DNA of 64,000 nt from an uncultured Nitrospinota bacterium (GCA_963707985.1 CAVPRW010000025.1:96001-160000); one strand, 5' to 3'. Counted from the stretch's first letter, positions 8,686 to 19,525 are shown. Program-made: numbers and translations. Notes: generated from the letters alone by a model not told the origin.

Positions 8686-9803
8686 GAGGTTGGAGAGACC
8701 TGCTCAATGACTGTGAGGTCATACTGCTCGAGCATTTCCACTTTATCGGGGTTTGTCGTGAGCAAACGCAGCGTCCCGATACCCACGTCGCGCAGGCTCT
8801 GCGCGCCAATGCCATAGTCCCGTAAATCAAGCTCGTGCTCGGCAGCGTGAGGCAGTGTTTCGAACGCTGTCGGCGGGAGTACCTGGGGCTCTCGCCTGGG
8901 ATCCAGCGGGATGGTGCGCGCCTCGGGCTGCAAGTAGAGGATGGCGCCATGTCCCGCTTCCGCAATGCGTTTCAGGGAACCCGCGAGGTGAGCATGGCAG
9001 GCACAGAGTCCAGACCCAAAAACATCTCCCGCGATGCATTGGTTGTGGACACGCACCAGGCTGGGTGTATCAGGCGTGAACGTACCGACCATGAGGAGCA
9101 CATGCTGACGGCCGTCAACGCAGCTTTCATAGGTAATCGCTCGGAAGAATCCATAGGGGGTCGGCAGCGTCGCTTCTTCGATACGCCTGATATGACGCTC
9201 GTGGCGCAGGCGGTAGCGGATGATATCACTCAGGGGCACCATCTTCAGGTGAAACTGGCTGGCGAAGGCTATGAGTTCTGCCTTATGTGCCATGATGCCA
9301 TCTTCATTGAGGATCTCGCAGATCACGCCAGCAGGAGACAGTCCGGCAATCCGGGCTAAATCGACGGACCCTTCGGTCTGGCCAGCTCGTACCAGGATGC
9401 CCTTCTTCTCGGCACGGATCGGGAAAATATGGCCGGGACGCACTAAATCGTCAGGACCGGTCTGCGGGTCAATGGCCGTGAGAATCGTTTTCGCCCGGTC
9501 AGCGGCGGAAATGCCAGTGGTGACTCCCTTGGCGGCCTCAATGGAGACGGTGAACGCCGCCCCAGTGTAATCTGGTTCGTTACGGACCATGAGCGGCAGG
9601 TCGAGCTCGTCGATGCGCTCTGGGGTCATTGACAGGCAAATGAGGCCACGCCCATGCGTCGCCATAAAATTAATGGCATCGGAATTGACCGTTTCCGCGG
9701 CCATGACGAGGTCACCCGAGTAGCCATGTTCGTCGTCGACCAACACGATCATGCGACCTGCTTTGAACTCATGTATGGCATCCTCAACCGTGTCGAATTG
9801 CAT
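8682..9803 (-). CDS. ribBA: RibB/RibA fusion with degenerate motifs (RibBX-like)
   Basis: GVTTGISAADRA, RPGHIFP, ICEI (RibB); VRVH.C..GDVFGS..C.C and DLRDYGIGAQ (RibA-like). Confidence 0.88.
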   Translation of the reverse strand: MQFDTVEDAIHEFKAGRMIVLVDDEHGYSGDLVMAAETVNSDAINFMATHGRGLICLSMTPERIDELDLPLMVRNEPDYTGAAFTVSIEAAKGVTTGISAADRAKTILTAIDPQTGPDDLVRPGHIFPIRAEKKGILVRAGQTEGSVDLARIAGLSPAGVICEILNEDGIMAHKAELIAFASQFHLKMVPLSDIIRYRLRHERHIRRIEEATLPTPYGFFRAITYESCVDGRQHVLLMVGTFTPDTPSLVRVHNQCIAGDVFGSGLCACHAHLAGSLKRIAEAGHGAILYLQPEARTIPLDPRREPQVLPPTAFETLPHAAEHELDLRDYGIGAQSLRDVGIGTLRLLTTNPDKVEMLEQYDLTVIEQVSPTS

Positions 9804-9971
9804 GATCTCAATTGTCCCCCTCTGCCGCTCAACTGCATGCTCTCTGGGTCGGCTCGTGGTAGTGCAGACCGCATCGTTGCTCGATCGTGTTAGAACGTTG
9901 ATAACACCACCGCGGCGCAGCTGTCAAGGGAAATTCGGGATTGCGGCGCAGCGCAGGGGGGTCCTCGCCGG

Positions 9972-9999
9972 TTGACATCATTCTGGGGGGCGCTATAAT
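9972..9999 (+). promoter_or_regulatory. sigma70 promoter of queF
   Basis: TTGACA-16 nt-TATAAT, with both hexamers consensus. Confidence 0.7.
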
Positions 10000-10068
10000 G
10001 TCGGACGTTTCGCGGTGCGCAAGCGAGCTGGACAGCATGTGAAGCCTTAATGGGTTGGGAGTCACCTC

Positions 10069-10476
10069 GTGGAGATATCGAGTACGGGCACAGGCTACAC
10101 TGACGCTCACGCACGTGCTGGAATCGATGCAGAGCTCCCAGCCATCGATGTCTGGCCGAATCAATTCCGCGGTTACGAGATCACCATTGCCATTCCCGAA
10201 TATACCTCGATTTGCCCCAAGACAGGCCTTCCCGACCTGGGCACGATCACCATCCGGTATAGGCCTGCCGAGCAGTGTCTAGAATTGAAGGCGCTCAAAT
10301 ACTACATTTTGGCCTATCGCAATCTCGGGATTTTCTACGAGAACGCCGTCAACCGCATCCTACGCGACATCGTGGCTGCCTGCCAGCCGGTCTGGGCGGT
10401 GGTGACGGGCGAGTTTAATGTCCGCGGCGGCATGCGCACGGTCATCGAGGCCAAATATCCGCTCCCCTCGCTTTAG
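10069..10476 (+). CDS. queF: preQ0 reductase (7-cyano-7-deazaguanine reductase), single-domain type
   Basis: PEYTSICPKTGLPD, ELKALKYY, F.VRGG. Confidence 0.93.
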   Translation: MEISSTGTGYTDAHARAGIDAELPAIDVWPNQFRGYEITIAIPEYTSICPKTGLPDLGTITIRYRPAEQCLELKALKYYILAYRNLGIFYENAVNRILRDIVAACQPVWAVVTGEFNVRGGMRTVIEAKYPLPSL

Positions 10477-11253
10477 TACATCACCAATCCGCCGTCGACA
10501 TTGAACGCCTGCCCGGTAATCTGCTCGGCGTCGGACGACGCCAGGAAGGCGGCCATGGCCGCGATGTCGTCCGGTTGGTTGCGGCGTCCGATGGGAATTT
10601 GTGCCTCACGGGTCTTAATGGCTTCGTCGACCGATACCCCCATCAGTTTGGCGCGCCCGGTGGTCGCCATCAGCGACATGTCGGTCACGGTAGTGCCGGG
10701 ACAGATGGCGTTGACGTTGATATGGTAGGGGGCGAGCACGACTGCGGCGCTCTTGGTCATGTGAATCACCCCGGCTTTGCTCACTCCATAGTGCAAGAAG
10801 TGGGGCTCCGGTTGCTTGCCAGAAATGGACGCGGTATTGATGATCTTGCCGCTATGGCGTTTGATCATTTCACGTCGCCACAGCCTGCATGACGAAAAAG
10901 ACGCCTTTGGTGTTGACAGCCAGGATGAAATCCCAATCGGCCTCAGTGATATCGAACATGTCCTGGAATCGTAGCACGCCGGCATTGTTACACAGCACAT
11001 CGATACGTTTGAACTGCTCAATGGTTTGGCCAACCATGCGTTGAATGTCGGACTGCTGCGTCACATCCACCTTGAGCCCAAGACACGGTTGTCCCAATTC
11101 ACGAACCGCTGCCGCCGTGCTTTCCGCCAACGCTGGCTCGATATCGGCCGCCACGATATGCGCGCCCTCCTGCGCAAAGCGCAGCGCCATCGCGCGTCCA
11201 ATGCCACGTCCGGCTCCTGTGATCAGCACCACGTTGTTGCTGAATCGTGCCAT
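10473..11253 (-). CDS. short-chain dehydrogenase/reductase, split by one frameshift near 10875
   Basis: TGAGRGIG and NNAG in ORF 10870-11253; YGVSK, VNAICPG and ITGQAFNVDGG in ORF 10473-11033. Confidence 0.88.
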
Positions 11254-12440
11254 GCGCGCCTCTCCTTCGAGTTGAGTAACGCTGCCCGAGTGATCGCCTG
11301 CGGGCCGAAGCGGGCTCTGATGGCGTCTTCGGCGCGTTCAGCCTGCAGGCGCTTGTGTGAGGCCTCAGCAAAAAGGGACAGCTGAGACTGTACGAGCGGG
11401 GTCAGCTCTGCAACGGTGATCCCCAGGAGGCGGACCTTGCGCCGTGCCGTCGGTAGCTGGCTCAGTAGCCTTGAGACCGCGTCGTAGAGGTCCATGGCTA
11501 CCGCTGTCGGCTCTGCGAGCGACTGTGTGCGCGTGAGCGTCGCGAAGGCGGCATCGCGGTATTTCAACGTGACCTTTGTCGTCATCCATCCTTTAGCGCG
11601 CAGGCGTTGCCCCACCTTGTCGGCGAGTTCGAGGAGCGTGCGATGCAAGGCCTCGACGTCATCCGTATCCTCGGCGAAGGTCGTCTCGGCTCCAATGGAT
11701 TGCGGCTCTCGATGCGAGGTCACGGGGCGATCATCGAGGCCATGCGCCAGTCGCCAGATATGGGCCCCGAGACTACCAAACCGCTTGGAGAGGCGTGTCT
11801 CTGACCACTGTGCTACCTGTCCGATAGTGCGCAATCCCAACGCTTCGAGCCGATGAGCCGTGTGTTTGCCGACCCCCCACAGCCGACTCACGGGCAAATC
11901 GCGTACAAACGACTCGACCTCGGTCGCATCCAGAACCAGAAACCCATCCGGTTTGCTCAGATCGGAAGCCAACTTGGCCAAGAACTTATTGGGTGCCACG
12001 CCCACTGAGGCCACCAGACCCTCATCTCGCCGAATATCCTGCTTGATGCACCGAGCGATCTCCTCAACCGTCCCAAATAGCCGAGTGCTGTTGGTGACGT
12101 CGAGGAACGCCTCATCGATGCTGAGCGGCTCCACGACATCGGTGTAGCGCTCGAAAATGGCGAAAATACGTTCGGACACCTGATGATAGTGCGCCATGCG
12201 GACCGGCAAAAAGATGGCCTGGGGACATAAGCGGTAAGCCTGAGAGATGGGCATAGCGGAGTGTACACCGAAGGGGCGCGCCTCATAGGACGCCGTCGAT
12301 ACCACACCCCGTCCTCTGCCTCGCTTGGGATCGGCACCGACAATGACCGGCCGCCCACGGTATTGCGGACGATCGCGCTGTTCTATAGCGGCGTAAAAGG
12401 CATCCATGTCGATGTGGACGATGCGCCGCATTTCCGCCAT
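11223..12440 (-). CDS. dinB: DNA polymerase IV (Y family)
   Basis: HIDMDAFYA, SYEARPFGV, SIDEAFLD, KLASDLSKPDG. Confidence 0.95.
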   Translation of the reverse strand: MAEMRRIVHIDMDAFYAAIEQRDRPQYRGRPVIVGADPKRGRGRGVVSTASYEARPFGVHSAMPISQAYRLCPQAIFLPVRMAHYHQVSERIFAIFERYTDVVEPLSIDEAFLDVTNSTRLFGTVEEIARCIKQDIRRDEGLVASVGVAPNKFLAKLASDLSKPDGFLVLDATEVESFVRDLPVSRLWGVGKHTAHRLEALGLRTIGQVAQWSETRLSKRFGSLGAHIWRLAHGLDDRPVTSHREPQSIGAETTFAEDTDDVEALHRTLLELADKVGQRLRAKGWMTTKVTLKYRDAAFATLTRTQSLAEPTAVAMDLYDAVSRLLSQLPTARRKVRLLGITVAELTPLVQSQLSLFAEASHKRLQAERAEDAIRARFGPQAITRAALLNSKERRAWHDSATTWC

Positions 12441-12461
12441 CTCGCCTCCGAGCCGCTAACG

Positions 12462-13308
12462 CTATCGGGAGCTGTACTCAGATGACTGCGGCCCGTATGA
12501 GTGCCCCCTATTGCCGGCGCTGCAGTGCTGCCTCGACCAGGGGTCCGGAGATCGATGCGCCGCACGTTCATCTGTGCGCGATACCCCCGCCTCGAATTGC
12601 ACCAGCGCCACATGTCCGTCGGCGCCAGGCGCTCCAGGGAAGAACCCCGGGGCTCCGGAATAGTATGCCGTGACCGGACCTTGCGACACGTCGGCGAACG
12701 CATGACAATGTCCCAGCGCGACGTAATCCCAGCCTGAGGCACGGATTTCCGCGGCATAGATCGGTGAGGAACGATACGACGGCACATCCTCTTCCATGAA
12801 AAACCCGTGGCCAAGCGCAATGTGCCAGGCGTCTCCCTGCGGGCGGGGGAGCCCCCCCAGCGGACGATAGCTCGGCTCGTGCTCCACCATGCCACGTCCC
12901 CAGAGCACCACATTGGGGGCAGCCAGTTGATGCTGCTCGCCGTTTGGATGAGTGATCAACAGCAGATTGGGACACGCCGCCGGCAGGTTCACCTGGCGGT
13001 AGATGGATTGGATGTTCAGACAGTCGTGGTTGCCGGGGATCATGACGATCGGTCGGCCGGCGCGGCGCAGTTCCTGAATGGCGAAATCGACCACATCCCC
13101 ACTCGGCCGATTCGAATCGAACAGATCTCCCGCGATCAGCAACAGGTCGACATTTTCCTGAATGGCGAGATCGATGACGGTGCTGAACGCCTGGTGATTG
13201 ATGTGACGACAGCTTGGCGTGTGCGAATCGGAGACGTAGCCATCAAGATCAAGATGCACATCCGCCGTATGTAAGATGTTGAGGGTCTGTCGAGGTGTCT
13301 GTGTCACG
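12462..13308 (-). CDS. Mre11/SbcD-like metallophosphoesterase; the 3' end may be frameshifted
   Basis: LHTADVHLD, AGDLFD, PGNHD, ALGHG, DYVALGH.H. Confidence 0.85.
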
Positions 13309-13359
13309 AGTGCCTTCCTGTCCTTCCGAGCCAAAGTCCACCGGCCCGGATGGCTCACA

Positions 13360-14031
13360 TTACACTGGCCACTGCTCCTGACGATAGGCCATGTCCCAGA
13401 ATGCGTGCTCAAATCGGCTGCTGGTGAGAAATGCTTCCTCGATGCGCTGTAACTCTTCCTGTGGCATCCCTGCCGCCAGCCGATCCATCAGGTCCCTGAT
13501 CCACTCCGTCAGCTCCACGAATTCGGCAGCCGAATACATACGAATCCACTTCACATAGCGTGGGTCCGCAGGCATACCTTGCTTCGCCAGCGTCAAGCCG
13601 ATTTCGCAGAACCCCCACATGCAAGGAAGCAAGGCTCCTACCAGCTCTGGAAAGCTCCCGAACGTGGCGGTGCGCAACAGGAAATCGGTATAGCCTTGAC
13701 AGGTTGGAGCCTTCCGGGTCTTTTCCAGCTCTTCTGCGGAGATGCCCCATTCACGCGCATAGGAGCGATGCAGGTCCATTTCGACGTCCAGAACCGCATG
13801 GACCATCTCGGCGAACTTAGTCATCGTCTGCAGATCAGGCGCCTTGGCGACGGCTATGGCGAACAGTCGGGCATAATCGATCAGATAGAGGTAGTCCTGT
13901 TTAACCCAGTGTTTAAACTGTTCGACATCCAGTGTGCCGTCGCCAATGCCTCGCACGAATGGGTGATGACGCTGCGCCTCCCAGATAGGCGCCGCCCGGC
14001 GGTGCAGATAGTCGGCAAAGCGTTCAGCCAT
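13360..14031 (-). CDS. tenA: thiaminase II / aminopyrimidine aminohydrolase
   Basis: HPFV..IGDGTL, QDYLYL, LLPCMWG, Y..WI..Y, E..FWDMAY. Confidence 0.92.
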   Translation of the reverse strand: MAERFADYLHRRAAPIWEAQRHHPFVRGIGDGTLDVEQFKHWVKQDYLYLIDYARLFAIAVAKAPDLQTMTKFAEMVHAVLDVEMDLHRSYAREWGISAEELEKTRKAPTCQGYTDFLLRTATFGSFPELVGALLPCMWGFCEIGLTLAKQGMPADPRYVKWIRMYSAAEFVELTEWIRDLMDRLAAGMPQEELQRIEEAFLTSSRFEHAFWDMAYRQEQWPV

Positions 14032-14089
14032 GACATGCCTCTCCGATGTGATGCCTGCAGCGCAGAGCCCAGGATAACCGCTCATGGAC

Positions 14090-14569
14090 TCACGCGACCA
14101 GTCTACCTACATTGCTCTCAACAAGCTCCCAAAAGGCTCTGCCCTTGGCGCTGATCGTCTCGGGATATGGGGTGCCTAGGGCTAATTTCTTCCCCCTCAG
14201 ATGCTGCAACGCTGCCAGGATGGCGCGTGCTGCCGTGATGACCGTGGTGCCGGTGAGCGAGGTCAGACGGTCGATGAGTTGAAGCTCGTGAGCGAAGCCA
14301 GTGGCGTAACTGGAGGCGGTATGGGCCAAAATGACCACCGCTGGAGCCACAATACTCAGCGCCTTGGCGGGGCCTGGGAGTTCCTCCAGATACGCCAACG
14401 TCCGTGCTTCCATGTTGGCTGCCGCCCCCGGTGTATTGGCAGCCTGAAACCCCTGCAAGCGAGCGAAGTGGATCGTCACTCCCTCAGGTGTCATCTGGTA
14501 AAACTCCGGCTCGACCGTTGGATTACCCGGGGGGAGCAACACTCCGATCCGAGCTCGCCAACCGAACAT
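14090..14569 (-). pseudogene. Asp/Glu racemase / maleate isomerase-family protein, C-terminally truncated
   Basis: GWRARIGVLLPPGNPTVEPEF and LGTPYP; ends at 159 aa, short for this family. Confidence 0.65.
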
Positions 14570-14670
14570 CGATATGCCTCCTCAGACGATGCTGCGTCAC
14601 AAGCGCGGGGCCGTGAGTAGCGAGGACCGGATAATCATCACTCGCCACCTGCAACTCGGAGCTCATGCTG

Positions 14671-14708
14671 GGTGCGGCATGCACCAGAAGGTGCGGCATG
14701 CACCAGAA
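14671..14708. repeat. perfect 19-bp tandem duplication with an internal palindrome
   Basis: GGTGCGGCATGCACCAGAA twice; each unit contains GGTGC-N5-GCACC. Confidence 0.8.
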
Positions 14709-14996
14709 TCTGATCGCCAGGACGGTGGCAAACGCTGTCATGCGTCAACCAGCGCTGTTGCGCCAGGCGTGCACCTGGCCTTCATGTACACTAGCTATGC
14801 CCTGATTGCAAGGAAAATTCATGGTGGAGGCGATTCTTGCCATACTCAAGGGAGACCGTTGGCAAGAAGGCAGTGAGAACGGCGCTCGCCGTCTGCCGGG
14901 GTGAGATGAACCTTCCTATTGTAGCTCGTCGTCCCGTGTCACACCCTACTTCAGAGCTCTGGGAGCGGACCTGAGACCAGACGAGCAGAATTGCCG

Positions 14997-15025
14997 TTGA
15001 CACGTCAGCCGGGCTTTTCTACAAT
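14997..15025 (+). promoter_or_regulatory. sigma70-type promoter about 460 nt upstream of the ABC ATPase genes
   Basis: TTGACA-17 nt-TACAAT. Confidence 0.6.
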
Positions 15026-15485
15026 AGCTTGTCGATCTTTTCGGATCTGACGTTGTGCTGCTCACGATCTGCTGCTCGCAACAGGAGCACGCACATGAAC
15101 TCACCCTCCACCTCGCGTGCGATTGACGCCTGAACCGATCGTTCGCTCGCCAGCCTGCACCCCATTTCTGCTGAGGCCCCAACTCCTCACCCGCATCTAA
15201 TCCCCTCCTGCAAGGAGGGCCTGGGCGCCAGGGACCACCGACGGCGCATGTGCAAGTCCCCGACTAGTTGCAGGAGCACCCGGTCCATAAGCCCTCACCA
15301 GGGCTTCGCCAACAGGCCACATCTGCATGCGGTAACAGAAACAGAAGACGTCAGGGACAAGGTCCAGGTCCCCGAACCACCGCACCAGGACCGCGACAGT
15401 GGCATGACTGACTCGTGAATGCTCGATGGTCCTGTGTACTGTGAGGACCCCTTGAGACCTTGGAACTGGCCATGAGGAGGAGAGT

Positions 15486-16462
15486 ATGCGCGCAGGCGAC
15501 GAGGTGATCCTCCAGGTTGAGGAGCTTACCACCCGCTTTCATCTGAAGCGCGGCATCTTGGTGGCAGTCGATCGCGTGTCATTCGCGATCAAACCCGGCG
15601 AAACGTTTGGCTTGGTGGGCGAGTCAGGCTGTGGCAAGAGTGTGACGGCCCGCTCGATCATGCGCCTGATTTCCATCCCGCCGGGGGAGATCGCCTCGGG
15701 CCGGATCGTCTTCGCAGGGAGAGGACCTTTTAGGCAAATCAGCCGCGGGAGATGCGCGGCATTCGCGGCAAACGCATCGCCATGGTCTTCCAAGAACCGA
15801 TGACGGCGCTCAACCCGGTCTTTCCTGTCAGCACGCAGATCGCCGATGGGCTGCGCAACAATCTCGGTCTCACCCGCCGGCAGGCCCGCCAACGCGTGAT
15901 CGAACTGTTGCGCTTGGTGGGCATCCCTTCCGCGGAGAAGCGCATGGACGACTATGTCCATCAATTCAGCGGCGGGATGCGACAGCGTGTCATGCTCGCC
16001 ATGGCCCTGTCCTGTGACCCGCAGTTTCTCATTGCCGATGAACCGACAACGGCACTGGACGTCACGATACAGGCGCAAATTTTGGATCTCATTCGGCAAA
16101 TGATCGAGCGCTTCGAGATGGCATTGCTATTCATTACCCACAACCTGGGAGTCGTGGCGCATATGTGCGACACCATCGGCGTGATGTACGCCTCCCACCT
16201 GGTCGAGCTGACAGACACCAAGACGTTGTTTGCCGAACCACTCCATCCATACACCTGGGGATTGCTGAATTCAATCCCCCGTGTCGAGACGCGGCATCGG
16301 TACCTCAATCCGATTCAAGGCACGATCTGCAACATGCTGGCGCCACCCACTGGCTGTAATTTCCACCCCCGTTGCGAAAGGGCCATGGATATCTGTCGAC
16401 GTGAGGTTCCGCCGCTACGGGAGGTGGCTCCAGGTCACAAAGTGGCATGCCACTTGTACTGA
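15486..16462 (+). CDS. oligopeptide/dipeptide ABC transporter ATP-binding subunit (DppD-like), frameshifted near 15720-15750
   Basis: GESGCGKS in ORF 15486; [17 protein letters not shown] and oligo-HPY in ORF 15752. Confidence 0.88.
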
Positions 16463-16509
16463 GGGCGAAAGGCTGATGCCATTCTGCTTTAACTGGGGGG
16501 AAAGCCGCG

Positions 16510-17490
16510 GTGATAAATTCACACTTTCTCGAGGTTACTGGATTGACGAAACATTATCCCATCCGCACCGACTGGCTCGCACGCCTGACCGGGAGAACTG
16601 CCGTGCTGAAGGCGGTGGATGGCATTGATTTTTACGTCAAGCGCGGCGAGACCTTGGGCCTCGTGGGTGAGAGTGGATGTGGCAAATCGACGACAGCGAG
16701 GTTAGTCGCACGGCTTCTCGATCCGACGGCGGGATCGGCCTATTTACAAGGGACGAATATCTTCACATTAACCCCTGCAGAGGTCCACAAGCTGCGGAAA
16801 GCCGTACAGTTTGTCTTCCAAGACCCCTACAGCTCGCTCAATCCTCGTAAAACGATCATGCAGATTCTGAGTCGCCCGCTGGAAGTGCATGATCTCGCCC
16901 ATAGCTTCCTGCAAAAGCGCCAACGGGTCATCGAGCTGTTGACCATGGTCGGGTTGGGGGCTGAGCATGCAGATCGCTACCCACACGAGTTCAGCGGTGG
17001 GCAACGGCAGCGCATCGCCATTGCCAGGGCTCTAGCTGTCTCCCCCGAGCTGGTCATCGCCGACGAGCCGGTGTCGGCGCTCGACGTATCCATTCAAGCG
17101 CAGATCTTAAATCTGTTCCGGCAGCTCCAGGAGGAGCTCCAGCTGACCTATCTGTTCATCGCCCATGACCTCAGTGTCATTCGCCACATCAGCGACCGCG
17201 TGGCCGTGATGTATATAGGCAAGATCGTCGAGACGGGAACGGTGGAGCAGATCTTTGAGGCGCCGATGCACCCGTATACGAATGCCTTGCTGGCGGCAGT
17301 GCCGTTGCCCGATCCGGTGGCACCCTCCCCGCGCCTCACCCTCAGCGGCGAGGTGGTCAGTCCCATCAACCCGCCAGGTGGGTGCCGGCTCTATGGTCGT
17401 TGCCCCCTGGGGGGCCCCGAGTGCGCCGAGATCGACCCGGAACTCAGGGATCGGGGCGGGGAGCACTTCGTGGCTTGTCATAAGGTCTAA
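16510..17490 (+). CDS. oligopeptide/dipeptide ABC transporter ATP-binding subunit (DppF-like)
   Basis: [34 protein letters not shown]. Confidence 0.92.
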   Translation: MINSHFLEVTGLTKHYPIRTDWLARLTGRTAVLKAVDGIDFYVKRGETLGLVGESGCGKSTTARLVARLLDPTAGSAYLQGTNIFTLTPAEVHKLRKAVQFVFQDPYSSLNPRKTIMQILSRPLEVHDLAHSFLQKRQRVIELLTMVGLGAEHADRYPHEFSGGQRQRIAIARALAVSPELVIADEPVSALDVSIQAQILNLFRQLQEELQLTYLFIAHDLSVIRHISDRVAVMYIGKIVETGTVEQIFEAPMHPYTNALLAAVPLPDPVAPSPRLTLSGEVVSPINPPGGCRLYGRCPLGGPECAEIDPELRDRGGEHFVACHKV

Positions 17491-17523
17491 GTACCAGGCG
17501 CTGAAAATATTTCCCTGGTTCTT

Positions 17524-17566
17524 TCACCCCCCACCTCCCCTTCGGGGGAGGGCGGGGAGGGGTGAG
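17524..17566. repeat. REP-like hairpin / bidirectional terminator between convergent genes
   Basis: TCACCCCCCACCTCCCC-TTC-GGGGGAGGGCGGGGAGGGGTGA. Confidence 0.6.
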
Positions 17567-17599
17567 TGGGTGAATTGTGGCGTACGACGCTCAGGCCGC

Positions 17600-18550
17600 T
17601 TACCGATCGGCAGTGCGTGGATCAAGGATATCGCGTAAGCCGTCGCCAAAGAGGTTAAACGCTAACACCGCAAAGGAGATCGCCAGACCTGGGAAGATCG
17701 CCAGGTACGGCCGGGTCTCCATATGCTCGCGCGCCAGGTTGAGGTCCGCCCCCCAGTCAGGCGTCGGCGGTGGCGCGCCCAAGCCCAAAAACGCCAGGGA
17801 GGAGATGATCAGTAACTCGACGCCCAGCGCAATAGTGGCCTGTATGATGACCGGCGACATGCAGTTGGGCAAGACCTGGCGAAAGGCGATATACATATTC
17901 GACTCGCCGGTGGCGTGAGAGGCCTCGACGTAGTCCTTTTCGCGCTCGGCCAGCATTGAACCCCGCACCAGCCGGCCCATACTGGGAATCCGTGCCACCC
18001 CCAGGGCGATGATGAGCCCCACCGTGCTCCAGAAGACCGACAGCTCATAGGCTCTGATCAGGGTGGCAGCGAGCAGAAACAGCAAGATCCCCGGGAATGC
18101 GAACCAGGCATCGAACACCCGCATGATGATGGTATCCAGCTTGCCGCCGTAATAGCCCGAGATCACGCCCACCGGGACACCAAACAAGGTCCCCATCACG
18201 ACCGCCAGTACGGCGATGGTCATGGCCCGTTGGCACCCCCAAACCACCCGAGAAAAGATATCTCGGCCGAATTTATCGGTGCCAAAATAGTGTGCCGCGC
18301 TGGGGCCTTGCAACATCTCCCGGTAATTCTGTTTCACCGGGTCATGGGTGGCGATCAGCGACGGTAGGACCGCCACCAGAAACAGGATGAGGACCATCAC
18401 CGCCCCCACGGTGGCCAGACGATTCCTCCACAGTTCCCAAGCGGCATTCTTGAGCGCCCGCTGGATCCGTGCGGTGCGCCACGCCAGTGTCGAATCGGCG
18501 AGGTCGATGTCGAAGTCCCCAGGGGCTGGCCTGACCGAAACCTGGGCCAT
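17600..18550 (-). CDS. ABC peptide transporter permease (DppC-like)
   Basis: FGTDKFGRDIFSR, EAA-type loop, LAFLGLGAPPPTPDWG, GDGLRDILDP. Confidence 0.92.
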   Translation of the reverse strand: MAQVSVRPAPGDFDIDLADSTLAWRTARIQRALKNAAWELWRNRLATVGAVMVLILFLVAVLPSLIATHDPVKQNYREMLQGPSAAHYFGTDKFGRDIFSRVVWGCQRAMTIAVLAVVMGTLFGVPVGVISGYYGGKLDTIIMRVFDAWFAFPGILLFLLAATLIRAYELSVFWSTVGLIIALGVARIPSMGRLVRGSMLAEREKDYVEASHATGESNMYIAFRQVLPNCMSPVIIQATIALGVELLIISSLAFLGLGAPPPTPDWGADLNLAREHMETRPYLAIFPGLAISFAVLAFNLFGDGLRDILDPRTADR

Positions 18551-18571
18551 GGGTGCGCTCCTTTCATACCG

Positions 18572-19525
18572 TTATGCCAGTCGAATGCGCGGATTCAACA
18601 GGCGATAGGTGATATCGACGAGCAGATTCACCAGCACAAACGCGACGGACAGGATCATTATCCCCGCTTGTACCATGGGATAGTCACGGCTCATGATGGC
18701 ATCGTAGAGGGTGAGGCCAATGCCTGGCCAGGCAAAGATGGTCTCAATCACCACGGTCCCCCCCAGCAGATTGCCAAACTGCAGGCCGGCAACGGTCACC
18801 GTCGGTATCAGAGCGTTTTTCAGGGTGTACTTGAAGATCACCCGCCATTCCGGCAGCCCGACGGAACGGGCGGTATCGACGTACTCCTTGCGGATTTCGT
18901 CCAGCATCGTTGAACGGGTGAGGCGCGTGGTGATCGCCGCCAGGCGCACCCCGAGCGCCGCCGCCGGCAGCAAGAGGTGTTTGAGGCCCAACCACGGGTC
19001 GTCGAAGGGATTGACATACTCCGACGCGGGCAGCCAGCCCAAGTAGAGGGCGAAGAACAGCACGCAGAGAATGGCGAACCAGAAGTTGGGAATGGAGACC
19101 CCGGCCACCGCTGCGGTGGTCACCGTATAATCCACCATAGTGCGGTGCTTGAGTGCCGCGATAGTGCCCAGCGGCACGGCGATGACCAGCGAGATGATCA
19201 CTGCCACCACCGCCAGGTAGACGGTGGCGGGAATGCGCTTGAAGAGCTCCACCCCGATCGACCGCCGGGTGGTGATCGACTTGCCAAAGTCGCCATGCAG
19301 GACGATCTTCCCCAGCCACGTGAAGTACTGGACATAGATGGGCCGGTCCAGTCCGAGTTGCTTTTCCAGGGCTGCCCGCCGGGCTGGATCATTCGTCTCC
19401 GCGTCACCCGCGAGCGCGTCAATCACATCCCCTGGTAGGGCATGCATAAAGGCAAAGGCCATGATCGACACCAGCAACAACACGGGAATCAGCTGCACGA
19501 AACGGTAGATGATAAACCTGATCAC
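18572..19525 (-). CDS. ABC peptide transporter permease (DppB-like)
   Basis: LGLDRPIYVQY, GDFGKS, ETIFAWPGIG, RDYP, LNPRIR. Confidence 0.93.
   Translation of the reverse strand: MIRFIIYRFVQLIPVLLLVSIMAFAFMHALPGDVIDALAGDAETNDPARRAALEKQLGLDRPIYVQYFTWLGKIVLHGDFGKSITTRRSIGVELFKRIPATVYLAVVAVIISLVIAVPLGTIAALKHRTMVDYTVTTAAVAGVSIPNFWFAILCVLFFALYLGWLPASEYVNPFDDPWLGLKHLLLPAAALGVRLAAITTRLTRSTMLDEIRKEYVDTARSVGLPEWRVIFKYTLKNALIPTVTVAGLQFGNLLGGTVVIETIFAWPGIGLTLYDAIMSRDYPMVQAGIMILSVAFVLVNLLVDITYRLLNPRIRLA

Noticed and set aside
9804..10068. FMN riboswitch (ribBA) or preQ1 riboswitch (queF)
   Set aside because: The conserved aptamer sequences are not recognisable and the space is taken by divergent promoter elements.
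14032..14700. TPP riboswitch upstream of tenA
   Set aside because: No CTGAGA...ACCTGA core in a plausible arrangement.
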